This document shows, piece after piece, positions 38,701-50,971 of a stretch of 64,000 nucleotides of DNA. The stretch comes from Pecten maximus. Its lineage: Eukaryota. A model generated the notes under the pieces. That model saw nothing but the letters and a program-made list of their open reading frames with translations. It did not search any database and had not been told where the DNA came from. The DNA lies in contig NC_047023.1 of assembly GCF_902652985.1 (NCBI RefSeq), forward strand, positions 23,622,001 through 23,686,000. The letters run 5' to 3'. How positions within the stretch are numbered: the stretch's first letter is position 1; each line of letters opens with the position of its first letter. A program made the position numbers and the translations under genes.

Positions 38701-40875
38701 TGGTTATAAATTTAATTCAAATCTGCAACATATATGAAAATAACTCAATATTAAATATCTTTCTTATTAATAAAAAAATATTGAGATTCATTGAAAATTA
38801 ACCAAAATGTATGATCAATGTACATGTATTTAACTGCCCCTATTTACTCTACTTCTATCGATTACTTAATTTAATGCAATCACAAAACCCTGGAAATAAA
38901 TCTACACCAAACAGCAATGTTTGAGTGACATTCAACATACTTTTGGAGCATGAGATAGTGTGCGTATTCTGTAAACATAAGTCTATGAGATTATCATGCT
39001 TATATGATACTATTTAGGTAAGTAAGATCCAAATACCTTACAACTTTGATGGTCCAACAGCACAACCAATGCTTTGCGAGCAGCATACAGCACAAAAGGG
39101 TCAGCATCCGTCTGTATAAGGTCAACCTAGGAAGGGAAGATTTATACAAAGCTAGAAAACATTTAATCTCTAGGCATGTGGAAATTAACATTCCAGAGAG
39201 GGTAACTGGTCAAAGTAAAAAGACTACTTTGAACCTTGAAACTTTAGAATCTGAGTACAAGTGAAAAAAATAGTATCAGAACCTAGAGACAAGGCAGAAG
39301 ACCTGGGAACCAGTATACCTATGTTATTCAGAACCTAGAGACCAACAGACTTGAGTCTGGAGACCAGCACACCTGGGGATTGGAGCCTGGAGACCAGCAG
39401 ACCTGGGGATTGTGGAGCCTGGAGACCAACAGACCTAGTGATTTGAGTCTGGAGACCAGCACACCTGGGGATTGGAGTCTGGAGACCAACAGACCTGGGG
39501 ATTGGAGTCTGGAGACCAGTAGACCTGGGGATTGGAGACTGGAGACCAGCAGACCTGGAGATTGGAGTCTGGAGACCAGCAGACCTGGGAATTGGAGTCT
39601 GGAGACCAGCAGACCTGGGGATTGGAGTCTGGAGACCAGTAGACCTGGGGATTGGAGACTGGAGACCAGCAGACCTGGGGATTGGAGTCTGGAGACCAGT
39701 AGACCTGGGGATTGGAGACTGGAGACCAGCACACCTGGGGATTGGAGTCTGGAGACCAGCAGACCTGGGGATTTGAGTCTCGAGACCAGCTGACCTGGGA
39801 ATTGGAGTCTGGAGACCAGCAGACCTGGGGATTTGAGTCTTGAGACCAGCTGACCTGTGGATTCCATGGAGTCTGGAGACCAGCAGACCTGGGGATTGGA
39901 GCCTGGAGACCAACAGACCTGGTGATTGAAGTCTGGAGACCAGTAGACCTGGGGATTGGAGCCTGGAGACCAACAGACCTGGTGATTGGAGTCTGGAGAC
40001 CAGCACTCCTGTAGATTGGAGCCTGGAGACCAGCAGACCTGGGGATTTGAGTCTGGAGACCAGCAGACCTGGGGATTTGAGTCTGGAGACCAGCAGACCT
40101 GGGGATTTGAGTCTGGAGACCAGCAGACCTGGGGGTTGGAGTCTGGAGACCAGCAGACCTGGGGAATGGAGTCTGGAGACCAGTAGACCTGGGGATTGGA
40201 GACTGGAGACCAGCACACCTGGGAATTGGAGTCTGGAGACCAGCAGACCTGGGGATTGGAGTCTGGAGACCAGCAGACCTGGTGATTGGAGTCTGGAGAC
40301 CAGCAGACCTGGAGATTGGAGTCTGGAGACCAGTAGACGATGATTGCAAATTTGCTTTATTCATTTTCCTGGAACCCTCTACCAGGGTGCTGCCCTGGAC
40401 CCGCTAGTAGACCCTCCCCCAAAAAAACTGCTCGCGCCTATGGTGCTCGCATTATCACTACTCCTCCCCCCTTTCGAAAATCTTGGATCCACACCTGTAA
40501 AGAGACCAGCAGACATGGGGATCAGAACCTAGAGACTAGTAGACATGAAGATTGGAGACCAGCAGACCTGGGCATGAAAAATCTATCAATATACATAATA
40601 ATTAAATATGTTAATTATAATTACTGTCATAAGCTTAAGCAAATCATACTGAATTACAATATATTTACCACCAAATATAACAGCGTTGCAGAACTTTCTG
40701 ACGTATTCTCTAAATTAGAAGGTTCTTTACTCCGGAACCATTTATAACAAGTTGTCAGGCACTCGAGTTTGAAACTTGTCCGAGCTTCTTTGGTCTCGTC
40801 CGCATTTTTAACAGATATACTGGACAGACATTTACACAAATCTGTGACATCATTTAGTGTCGAATGTTTCAACAT
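35763..40875 (-). CDS. LINS1: protein Lines homolog (LINS1), about 724 aa, 5 coding exons
   Basis: Minus-strand exons 40875-40669, 39126-39037, 38630-37985, 37401-37209 and 36801-35763 join in frame (2175 nt). Lines_N motifs FGDQDDTLMEALL and NPHRQFYMLLQMTGFDHSVLVDLLTSPETCALLYLTRYLK and the Lines_C motif TMATLIRLRLKMESLCEGGLLMYHPGPLVRLLTQCEALYEQ* are present. The start codon is less certain. Confidence 0.9.
37504..37625. repeat. about 120-bp imperfect palindrome (hairpin element remnant) in a lines intron
   Basis: aaggtttctgatgttttattgaccttttaaaaatc pairs with gatttgtaaaaggccgattaaacatcagaaacctt. Confidence 0.65.
39328..40338. repeat. 30-bp GC-rich minisatellite, about 33 copies, in lines intron 1
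   Basis: Unit ggagaccagcagacctggggattggagtct, with degenerate copies at about 39277-39310 and 40500-40572. Confidence 0.95.
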
Positions 40876-41257
40876 GTCACGTGAAATTATCTGTCGCACA
40901 CCAACACAATAATATCTGCACTAACAGCACGTGTTGCTTTAACTTCTGTCAACAAACGTTAACTGTACCGGAAGCTTCTCCTCTGTCGGAGGTAAGAAAG
41001 TCCTGTTCATACTTTTGGTTTGACCGAAGTCTTTATTCCACGTGTGATCTGCACATTATAGCATACAGGTAAATAACAAGTTAAAATATGCTTGCATGTA
41101 AATTCGAATTATGTAGATCGTTTTATTCATATGGCAGAATGTTATGGTGTGGTGTAGACCTGACGCAGGGTTGAAATCTTAGTAAAAGTTGTGCAATCTC
41201 CAAATATCAGAATTCGTCTTTCTGCTGTCTTCGTTGCACTTGCAGGATTTGTCGAAG
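40876..41257. promoter_or_regulatory. putative bidirectional promoter between lines (-) and TRMT1 (+)
   Basis: The genes are head-to-head. A candidate non-coding TRMT1 first exon ends at gaag|gtaatc (41257/41258) with an acceptor at ttttccag|g (42008/42009). An ETS-like accggaag lies at about 40967. Confidence 0.5.
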
Positions 41258-42097
41258 GTAATCAAAAGTTCCTGTGATTGTTATCTACTTAATGACGGGA
41301 AATATGACGATTTGAATGTTGTTGAGACATTGAGATGTATTTTGTTTAAAATACAAGATTAACCTGACTATCAAAAAGATTTGTGTATTTAGTAAATGGT
41401 TAAGACTTTCATATTCTGTTTTAAATTTGATGGCATCTGAAATTTTTTATATATTGCTTGATTTTTATAGAAGATATTGTCATTTGTTTTAAATTACTAT
41501 ACAACTACAAAAGGATAATATAGTGAATGGATGAGAGGTACTCGGTATGCTTTGTACATTTTACAGCTGTTTTACTGTAGAAATAAGTACTTGAATTTTC
41601 CAATAGGAATATAAATCTGTTCTCTTCAGCCTTGCATAAGATATATGTATATTAACTGAATCAAAGAAGAACAATGCCTATGCCAGCGGAGTGACAAAAC
41701 ATTTTATGAGGCCACGATGGCCCACATTTTCTACCATACTTCATTTGTTTTTCTTTAGATTCCCCAAATCTCTACCATGACTAATACTGTACAAGACTGT
41801 TCTTCAGGGCATATGTTGGGGACTGGAAACAAAAATTGAAACTATCAATGATAGTCGCAGAAACTTTGCAAACAGGTTTTCAACATATTTCAGGGATATT
41901 TATAACCCTGCTGTTTTACTATTTTCCAGGTTGTGAACTTTGCATACAAGCTTTCATCATATATTTTAAAGATACACATATTAACTCCCCTGTTTTATTC
42001 TTTTCCAGGTTGAACCAGAACTGATACTGTCGTAATCAGGGGCCTTTGCCTTAAAGAAACTTTCATTCCTTCAATTTTAAACAAGTTAAGTTCCAGG

Positions 42098-45000
42098 ATG
42101 AGTTCCAGGACTGAAGATGAGGTGTCTGAGTACAATATCGTAAAAGAAGGCAAGGCAGACATACTCCAGCCTAAATCTGTGTTCTACAATCCTGTTCAGG
42201 AGTTCAACAGAGATCTCACTGTAGCTGTTATATCAAACTTTGCACAAATACATCGAAAGGAGAAAAATGAAAATACAAGGAAGAATAAAGAGCAAGAGAA
42301 ATCAAAAAAAGATAAAAAAGCATCAGATTCAAGTGAGGATATTGAATTAAATGATGTTAAGGAATTACAGGAGAAGATATGTGATGATGATGTAGATGCA
42401 GGAAAGAAGTGTGAAGATGGAATATCAATTTTGGAAGGTCTAGCAGCATCTGGACTTCGGTCTATCAGGTTTGGGTTGGAGATTCCAGGTGTTCAGCGGA
42501 TTGTGACAAATGATTTTGATAAAACTGCTGTAGAAATAATACAAAAGAACATTGAGAGGAATAAACTTGATCACCTTGTGACCTCCAGCTTTGGAGATGC
42601 TTCTATGGTAATGTACATGAGTAAAGGAACAGATGCCGCTTTTGATGTGATCGACCTTGACCCTTATGGCGGTGCATCCCAGTTTCTGGATGCAGCAGTG
42701 CAGTCTGTTGGTGAGGGAGGTTTACTTTGTGTGACATGTACAGACATGGCCCTTCTGTGTGGTAACACACCAGAAAGTTGTCGGGCTAGGTACGGAACCA
42801 TGTCCTACAGGTCAGCATACTGTAAGGAAATGGCACTCCGTATCCTCCTGCAATCTCTTGAGACTACTGCCAATAGGTACTCACGATACATCGTTCCCAT
42901 GATATCAATTAGTGCTGACTTCTACATCCGAGTTTTTGTGAGAGTTTTCACAGGTGCAGCAAAGGTTAAACTCTCATCTCTGAAGCTGGCAAATGTTTAC
43001 CACTGTTCAGGATGTGGAGCTTTTACCATTCAGAAACTGGCAAGAAAAATACCCACAAAAGGTGATAACTTCAAAATGGCTGCAGCACATGGACCTCCTG
43101 TCACAGATATATGTGAACATTGTCAACACAAACATTATGTTGTTGGTCCAGTGTGGGCGGACAGACTTCATGACACTGATTTTGTTAAAAGGGTCATCAA
43201 GTATGTTCAGGTGAAACAAGCTGACTTTCAGACTCATAAGAGAATAATCGGCATGCTTAGCCTCGTCAGTGAAGAACTCAGAGACTGTCCTATGTACTAT
43301 GTAATTGATGATGTCTGCCAGCAGGTCCACCTCTCATCCTTTAACCAGGAAACATTCATGTAAGGTCATTGAGTGCTTGTTTTACTGTTTTCTGTGATAT
43401 CTTTTCCAAAACCTGTTGCACATAATATTTTAACAACATATTTTTCAAAATCACTACAGAAACCAATTCACAATTGAATACCCATTGCTCCTGGCATCCT
43501 CTCGAAATACTAGTTATTGTGTTTGATCTTAATAATCTAAAGGACATGTAGTTTATGTTAATTTGAATATCTCAGGTAGCTTAAACAAATCTCCCAGTGT
43601 TACATGTAGAAAAGATCAATTGTTTAGACATCAGCAAGTTTCTGAGTTATTAGGTCTGGACAGTGTCCATTGTTATCATGCTGCAAACGCTGTGTACATC
43701 CATTTGGTGTATTTGGGAATATACAATTTGTTATATAGGGGAAATAACATAATTCCAAGGAGAATGTGATTTAAAGGTTTTCCAGTTATTTTCCAAATTG
43801 TAAGCACACATAATCCAGACATGTAAATCACAATTGATAAATTTGATGATTTGGTATTTGTCAAATGTGGTTGAAAAAAATATACAAACAAAGTTGTCAT
43901 GCCTAAATACTACAGATTATTGGCAAAATAACTAGTCATTTGGTGAATTTTTACTAGCTTGAAGGGAAATTTTCTAGGTCAGGGAAAAACAATTTTTAAT
44001 GGGGAAATTAACCTACAATCATTGAAGAAATGGGGCTAGATTGATCCCTGAAATGGTGCATATTCCTGGACATGTGATGGTTATTATAATTTTCCTGATT
44101 TTTACTTCTCTAGGTCTGCTCTGTTGAATGCTGGCTTTGAGGTATCCATGTCTCATGCTGAACAGAATTCTATCAAGACAAATGCATCTAACAGGGACAT
44201 CTGGGTAAGATTTTCTACAGGGTTGTGGTGAATTATGTATGATTCATCAGATGATCCGATATAACCAATACATGGACAAATCTTCAGATTTTGTATTAGA
44301 TAAAGAATAAAGAAGGTATGAAACAGTATTCTTGAGCTATACTCAGGACCAATGGTTTGAAGTTATGAAGCAGTTTGCCTGCTGACAGTAAAGGAACCGT
44401 GTGAGTTTCTTTCATAGCTGTTCTGCTCCATTTTGATCACTTGCAGTTTTAGGATGTTTTTGAGTTAAGGAACCATGTGAGTTTCTTTCATAGCTGTTCT
44501 GCTCCATTTTGATCACTTGCAGTTTCAGGATGTTTTTGAGTTAAGGAACCATGTGAGTTTCTGTCATAGCTGTTCTGCTCCATGTTGATCACTTACAGTT
44601 TCAGGATGTTTTTGAGTTAATTAATAAGGAACCATGTGAGTTTCTGTCATTGCTATTCTTTCCATGTTGATCACTTGCCATTTCAGGATATTGTTCGATC
44701 ATGGGAGAAAACACATCCTGTAACCGAGAAGCGCCGTGTTCCAGGATCTGTCACGGCCATTATACTGTCAAAGGAGCCAATCCTCAAGGTTTCGTTTGAT
44801 CTCCATCCTGGAGCCAAACAAGAATCAAAGAAACGGGGGTTGTCACGATACCCACAGAATCCTGAAAAGTTTTGGGGGCCAAAGCCAAGGGCTAAAAAAT
44901 CTGACGTTGATGCTGTTGAATCTATGGTAGACAAGAGGATAAAACTTCAGGGAAAGAGGAAGAAGAATCAGGAAGTAAGTAATAGTCAATTATTTATCAC

Positions 45001-46065
45001 AAATTCATTGGTATCTCCCTAAAAATCAAATGTCATCAGATGTGTAAAGGATTACTAAATGTTCATTAATTATCTAACATTTTAATTAATTGGTTTCTAT
45101 ATATAGAACTGTAGCACTGATGTAGTCTGTAGATTTTATGATTTGTTAGATTTTTTACAAGTTGTAATGTTTAAATTTTGTGTACATTTTCACAGCATTT
45201 GCTGATATTAACATTGATACCAAATTCCCGGTGTAATGTTAAATCATTTAAAGATATTTAATATTGTGTCACAATGTTACTCCAACATTTGTGATATGTT
45301 TGTGAATTAGAGAATTAGTAAACGGCCAAAACAAAGTTAGGTAAGAATACTGGAACCAGAGTGCCTATAGATGTCTCCTTCTGTAGACTGAAGCTTGTCT
45401 GGAGTGATACCTTCCTACTCTCTCAACCAATTTCATTAATATTGGTACACATGATCATTGATAGTTAATGAAGGTTTTATTTTTTAAGTTTATTTCTTTA
45501 ATATGTGGATGATTTTTTCTAGGATTCATGTCTATTAATGATATTTTTACAAATTATTTTATGTAGTTGCTGGGGTATTATGGAAAAAGCTTACATTTCT
45601 TGTTGCATAAAGCTGTAAGGTTTCATACTTAGTTGTGTAGCTTGATGAATGGATGGGGCCACAATAACTTCGTTGGTTGGAACACCAGCCACGTAATCTC
45701 AGGTGACAATCTTTGGTGTGTGGTTCGATGCTCCCTGCCCATGGTGTTTTGTGATTCTTGGGAAGCCGATAAACGGGTCGGGCCAATCTGTGCTATTGTG
45801 GTTGTGTCCTTTGGCAAGACACTTTGCCCAAAATACTCCTATATGATGTTCAGTGAGGTAGTCACCAAATACTACAAAGAGATCCTGCCTATTTTATCTT
45901 ACCAGAAAGCATTAAACTTTCAATCCATATACACTGGCATCATAAATATTTACTGTCAAGATAAGGTTTCCATCTAGAGTTATAGAGGAGATTTCTTTTA
46001 TTTTTCAGACTGATAATGGTGGTGATGGAGACGCAAAAAGGAAACAAGAAACACAGGCCTCGTAA
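42098..46065 (+). CDS. TRMT1: tRNA (guanine(26)-N2)-dimethyltransferase TRM1, about 565 aa, 4 coding exons
   Basis: Exons 42098-43359, 44114-44204, 44687-44974 and 46009-46065 (1698 nt). Motifs VFYNPVQEFNRDL, ILEGLAASGLRSIRF, FDVIDLDPYG, GGLLCVTCTDMA, SADFYIRVFVRV, SALLNAGFEVSMSHA and YPQNPEKFWGPKPRA. Confidence 0.95.
44390..44695 (+). repeat. 76-bp tandem repeat x4 built from the TRMT1 exon 3 acceptor junction
   Basis: Copies end gatcacttgcagttt(t/c)ag|gatgttttt (AG at 44451-52, 44527-28, 44603-04). The real acceptor is gatcacttgccatttcag|gatattgtt (44686/44687). Confidence 0.88.
45656..45830 (+). mobile_element. decayed tRNA-derived SINE with CORE-like domain
   Basis: tRNA-like head with B-box-like ggttcgatgc (45722) followed by tgtgtcctttggcaagacactttgccc. 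A related copy lies in the opposite orientation at about 62300-62395. Confidence 0.55.
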
Positions 46066-46105
46066 ATGGATCTTAACAAAGGATGACAGATGTGAGATAG
46101 ATGAT

Positions 46106-47065
46106 ACAATGACTGCTCCCTAACTCTATTTACAATGTACTGATACTAGGACTGTTGTGGAGCTTGTTACAATGACTGCTCCCTTAATCTATTTACAATG
46201 AACTGATACTAGGACTGGTGTGGAGCTTGTTACAATGACAGCTCCCTAAATCTATTTACAATGAACTGATACAAGGACTGGTGTGGAGCGTGTTACAATG
46301 ACAGCTCCCTAAATCTATTTACAATGTACTGATACTAGGACTGGTGTGGAGCTTGTTGCAATGACAGCTCCCTAAATATATTTACAGTGTACTGATACTA
46401 GGACTGGTGTGGAGCTTGTTACAATGACAGCTCCCTAAATCTATTTACATTGTACTGATACTAGGACTGGTGTGGAGCTTGTTACAATGACAGCTCCCTA
46501 AATCTATTTATAGTGTACTGATACTAGGACTGGTGTGGAGCTTGTTACAATGACAGCTCCCTAAATCTATTTACATTGTACTGATACTAGGACTGGTGTG
46601 GAGGTTGTTACAATGACAGCCTCCTAAATCTATTTATAGTGTACTGATACTAGGACTGGTGTGGAGCTTGTTACAATGACAGCTCCCTAAATCTATTTAC
46701 AGTGTACTGATACTAGGACTGGTGTGGAGCTTGTTACAATGACCGCTCCCTAAATCTATTTACAATGAACTGATACTAGGACTGGTGTGGAGCTTGTTAC
46801 AATGACAGCTCCCTAAATCTATTTACAGTGTACTAATACTAGGACTGATGTGGAGCTTGTTACAATGACAGCTCCCTAAATCTATTTACAGTGTACTGAT
46901 ACTAGGACTGGTGTGGAGCTTGTTACAATGACAGCTCCCTAAATCTATTTACAGTGTACTGATACTAGGACTGGTGTGGAGCTTGTTACAATGACAGCTC
47001 CCTAAATCTATTTACAGTGTACTGATACTAGGACTGGTGTGGAACTTGTTACAGTAACTGCTCCT
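46106..47065. repeat. 63-bp minisatellite, about 15 copies, just downstream of the TRMT1 stop
   Basis: Unit acaatgacagctccctaaatctatttacagtgtactgatactaggactggtgtggagcttgtt with period 63. Confidence 0.95.
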
Positions 47066-47439
47066 AGTGGTGTTCCGTTTTATCTTATTAAACGATGACG
47101 AGTCATTTTACCACTTACTATGAATAATTGATCATTATTTTCTGTGATCTATCATGACTATAACATGGAAACTTTCAGAAGTTGTTGAGATTGATAATGC
47201 ACTTGAAAATTGATTAAATGAACAAAAAAATATTGATCAATTTCTATCAAAATGTATCAAAGCAAAATTTTAAGACAGCTTAATACCATAAAACTATCCA
47301 CCATGTTTTCCTCATTTTGGTGAATGTCGCTATTTCCTGTTTTCTTCATGTTTTATCAATAATCAATCATCAATAATCAATCATCAATAATATGGAAATT
47401 GTGATGAAATCATGACTTTATCAGAGATTCTAACATTAA

Positions 47440-49795
47440 TGGCTCCTCTAAACAGATGACCAAGTGTGACTGGTGAGGGGTTTGTTACAGTGACAGCTCC
47501 CCTAGACAGATAATCACCATGTGTGACTGGTGAGAGGTTTGTTACGGTGACAGCTCCCCTAGACAGATCATCACCATATGTGACTGGTGAGGGGTTTGTT
47601 ATAGTGACAGCTCCCCTAGACAGATCATCACCATGTGTGACTGGTGAGGGGTTTGTTACAGTGACAGCTCCCCTAGACAGATCATCACCATATGTGACTG
47701 GTGAGGGGTTTGTTACGGTGACAGCTCCCCTAGACAGATGACCAAGTGTGACTGGTGAGGGGTTTGTTACGGTGACAGCTCCCCTACACAGACCATCACC
47801 ATATGTGACTTGTGAGGGGTTTGTTACGGTGACAGCTCCCCTAGACAGATCATCACCATGTGTGACTGGTGAGGGGTTTGTTACAGTGACAGCTCCCCTA
47901 GACAGATCATCACCATGTGTGACTGGTGAGGGGTTTGTTACAGTGACAGATCCCCTAGACAGATCATCACCATGTGTGACTGGTGAGGGGTTTGTTACAG
48001 TGACAGCTCCCCTAGACAGATCATCACCATGTGTGACTGGTGAGGGGTTTGTTACGGTGACAGCTCCCCTAGACAGATCATCACCATGTGTGACTGGTGA
48101 GGGGTTTGTTACGGTGACAGCTCCCCTAGACAGACCATCACCATGTGTGACTGGTGAGGGGTTTGTTACAGTGACAGCTCCCCTAGACAGATCATCACCA
48201 TGTGTGACTGGTGAGGGGTTTGTTACAGTGACAGATCCCCTAGACAGATCATCACCAAGTGTGACTAGTGTGGGGTTTGTTACAGTGACAGCTCCCCTAG
48301 ACAGATCATCACCATGTGTGACTGGTGAGGGGTTTGTTACAGTGACAGCTCCCCTAGACAGATCATCACCATGTGTGACTGGTGAGGGGTTTGTTACAGT
48401 GACAGCTCCCCTAGACAGATCATCACCATATGTGACTGGTGAGGGGTTTGTTACGGTGACAGCTCCCCTAGACAGATCATCACCATATGTGACTGGTGAG
48501 GGGTTTGTTACAGTGACAGCTCCCCTAGACAGATCATCACCATGTGTGACTGGTGAGGGGTTTGTTACGGTGACAGCTCCCCTAGACAGATCATCACCAA
48601 GTGTGACTGGTGAGGGGTTTGTTACAGTGACAGCTCCCCTAGACAGACCATCACCAAGTGTGACTGGTGAGGGGTTTGTTACAGTGACAGCTCCCCTAGA
48701 CAGATCATCACCATGTGTGACTGGTGAGGGGTTTGTTACGGTGACAGATCCCCTAGAAAGATCATCACCATGTGTGACTGGTGAGGGGTTTGTTACAGTG
48801 ACAGCTCCCCTAGACAGATCATCACCATGTGTGACTGGTGAGGGGTTTGTTACAGTGACAGCTCCCCTAGACAGACCATCACCATGTGTGACTGGTGAGG
48901 GGTTTGTTACAGTGACAGCTCCCCTAGACAGACCATCACCAAGTGTGACTGGTGAGGGGTTTGTTACGGTGACAGCTCCCCTAGACAGATCATCACCATG
49001 TGTGACTGGTGAGGGGTTTGTTACAGTGACAGCTCCCCTAGACAGATCATCACCATGTGTGACTGGTGAGGGGTTTGTTACAGTGACAGCTCCCCTAGAC
49101 AGATCATCACCATGTGTGACTGGTGAGGGGTTTGTTACAGTGACAGCTCCCCTAGACAGATGACCATGTGTGACTGGTGAGGGGTTTGTTACAGTAACAG
49201 CTCCCCTAGACAGATCATCACCATGTGTGACTGGTGAGGTGTTTGTTATAGTGACAGCTCCCCTAGACAGACCATCACCATGTGTGACTGGTGAGGGGTT
49301 TGTTACAGTGACAGATCCCCTAGACAGACCATCACCATGTGTGACTGGTGAGGGGTTTGTTACAGTAACAGCTCCCCTAGACAGATCATCACCATATGTG
49401 ACTGGTGAGGGGTTTGTTACAGTGACAGCTCCCCTAGACAGACCATCACCAAGTGTGACTGGTGAGGTGTTTGTTATAGTGACAGCTCCCCTAGACAGAT
49501 CATCACCATGTGTGACTGGTGAGGTGTTTGTTATAGTGACAGCTCCCCTAGACAGATCATCACCATGTGTGACTGGTGAGGTGTTTGTTATAGTGACAGC
49601 TACTCTAGATCTTAACTTTGACTGGTGAGGGGTTTATAAGTCTCCCCTAGACAGATCATCACCATGTGTGACTGGTGAGGGTGACTGGTGAGGGGTTTGT
49701 TACAGTAACAGCTCCCCTAGACAGATCATCACCATATGTGACTGGTGAGGGGTTTATAAGTCTCCCCTAGACATACCTGCATCACAAATTGTGAC
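47440..49795. repeat. 57-bp minisatellite, about 40 copies (with 54-bp variants)
   Basis: Unit gtgtgactggtgaggggtttgttacagtgacagctcccctagacagatcatcaccat, which yields the repetitive TGEGFVTVTAPLDRSSPCV ORFs. Confidence 0.95.
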
Positions 49796-50971
49796 TGAGG
49801 GATTCATTATAATGATGACTCTCTGTACAGATGCTTCAGACCAATAAGATTGTGAAAAGTTTGTGAAAAGATTGTAAGAAGAAATATATTTTTTGACCAG
49901 TTTGGTGTTTACTAAAGTAAATTCAGTACAATACAGTAGGGTGATGCAGACTCATTGTGCATCTTATTTTCATTTAGTGTGTGGTGATAGCAATATTTCT
50001 TTAATATTTTAGATTTTGTTTTCATTTTGATTTGAATAAAGTATATAATATGCACCCTATCTTTCAGAGGTTGTTATTTTGAATAAACCCTTTATTATTA
50101 TCAATAATAAACATTAGGGTAAGTGAGCTAACATGTTGTGGTGAAGCATTGTTTGTTGCCATTTTCTCTTTTTATTGACATTCTGTCATTGAAATCATTG
50201 CATGCTATACAAATAAAAGCAAATGTGAATCTTGTATTTTTCTCACCTAGTCAAAAGTTATAAACTGTACTTTAGCAAGACACTCAAAGTCCAAAGATAA
50301 CCCAAAGTTCTAAAAGAATTACATTTTTGAAAATAAAATTTCGACCTGAAGTATGAAAATAATTGCCTCCAACGACTATCAATATGTGTATGTGCATACA
50401 TGTTCACGAACACAACTGAAAATGACGGACACCTTATCCCCGTGGTAGTGATTAGGTATACGTAATGGGTCACTGAAAATGGAATTGGCAAGAAAATGAG
50501 GACACAACAAGACAGCGAGCATCATAAATAGTCGTACAAATATCGGCAGTCAGATGGAAGGATGGAAGAGCACTCTCTTCCAGGAGGCCATGACAGTCAA
50601 GTCGAATGAGATTATTCGATAGCCTGACAGATTGGTAATGAAGTTGTGCTCAAGTTAACACTTCACTTGCTACCGTGCTGACGATTAAACCACAGACATT
50701 AAAACTAAATATTACCTCATCAGACCATAATAGATGATTTATCAGTAAGTTGTACATTTGTCATATCTTGCTACTTAATCTGTAGCAATTTCTCCAATAT
50801 ATAATCATGCCACACATTTCGTTTACATGGCATATGTTTGTGTGACTATGCAAGTTCATTTTTGTGTGTGGGAAAAGGACCCATTATTTGAGTTTATTGT
50901 CACAACAAAAACGCTGCACATATCACTTGCTTGCCATTGTATTGCAGTGTATCGTAGAGTACCGCATCGTC

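Noticed and set aside
39328-40364. Overlapping about 300-aa repetitive ORFs on both strands
   Set aside because: This is a 30-bp minisatellite inside lines intron 1 that is open in several frames at once, which indicates a repeat artefact.
47523-49628. 471-aa and neighbouring ORFs of TGEGFVTVTAPLDRSSPCV repeats (mucin/adhesive-like appearance)
   Set aside because: They are a by-product of a 57-bp (multiple of 3) satellite. They start at GTG, lack a signal peptide or unique domain, are interrupted by stops in the 54-bp variant units, and the homologous 63-bp array has stops in all three forward frames.
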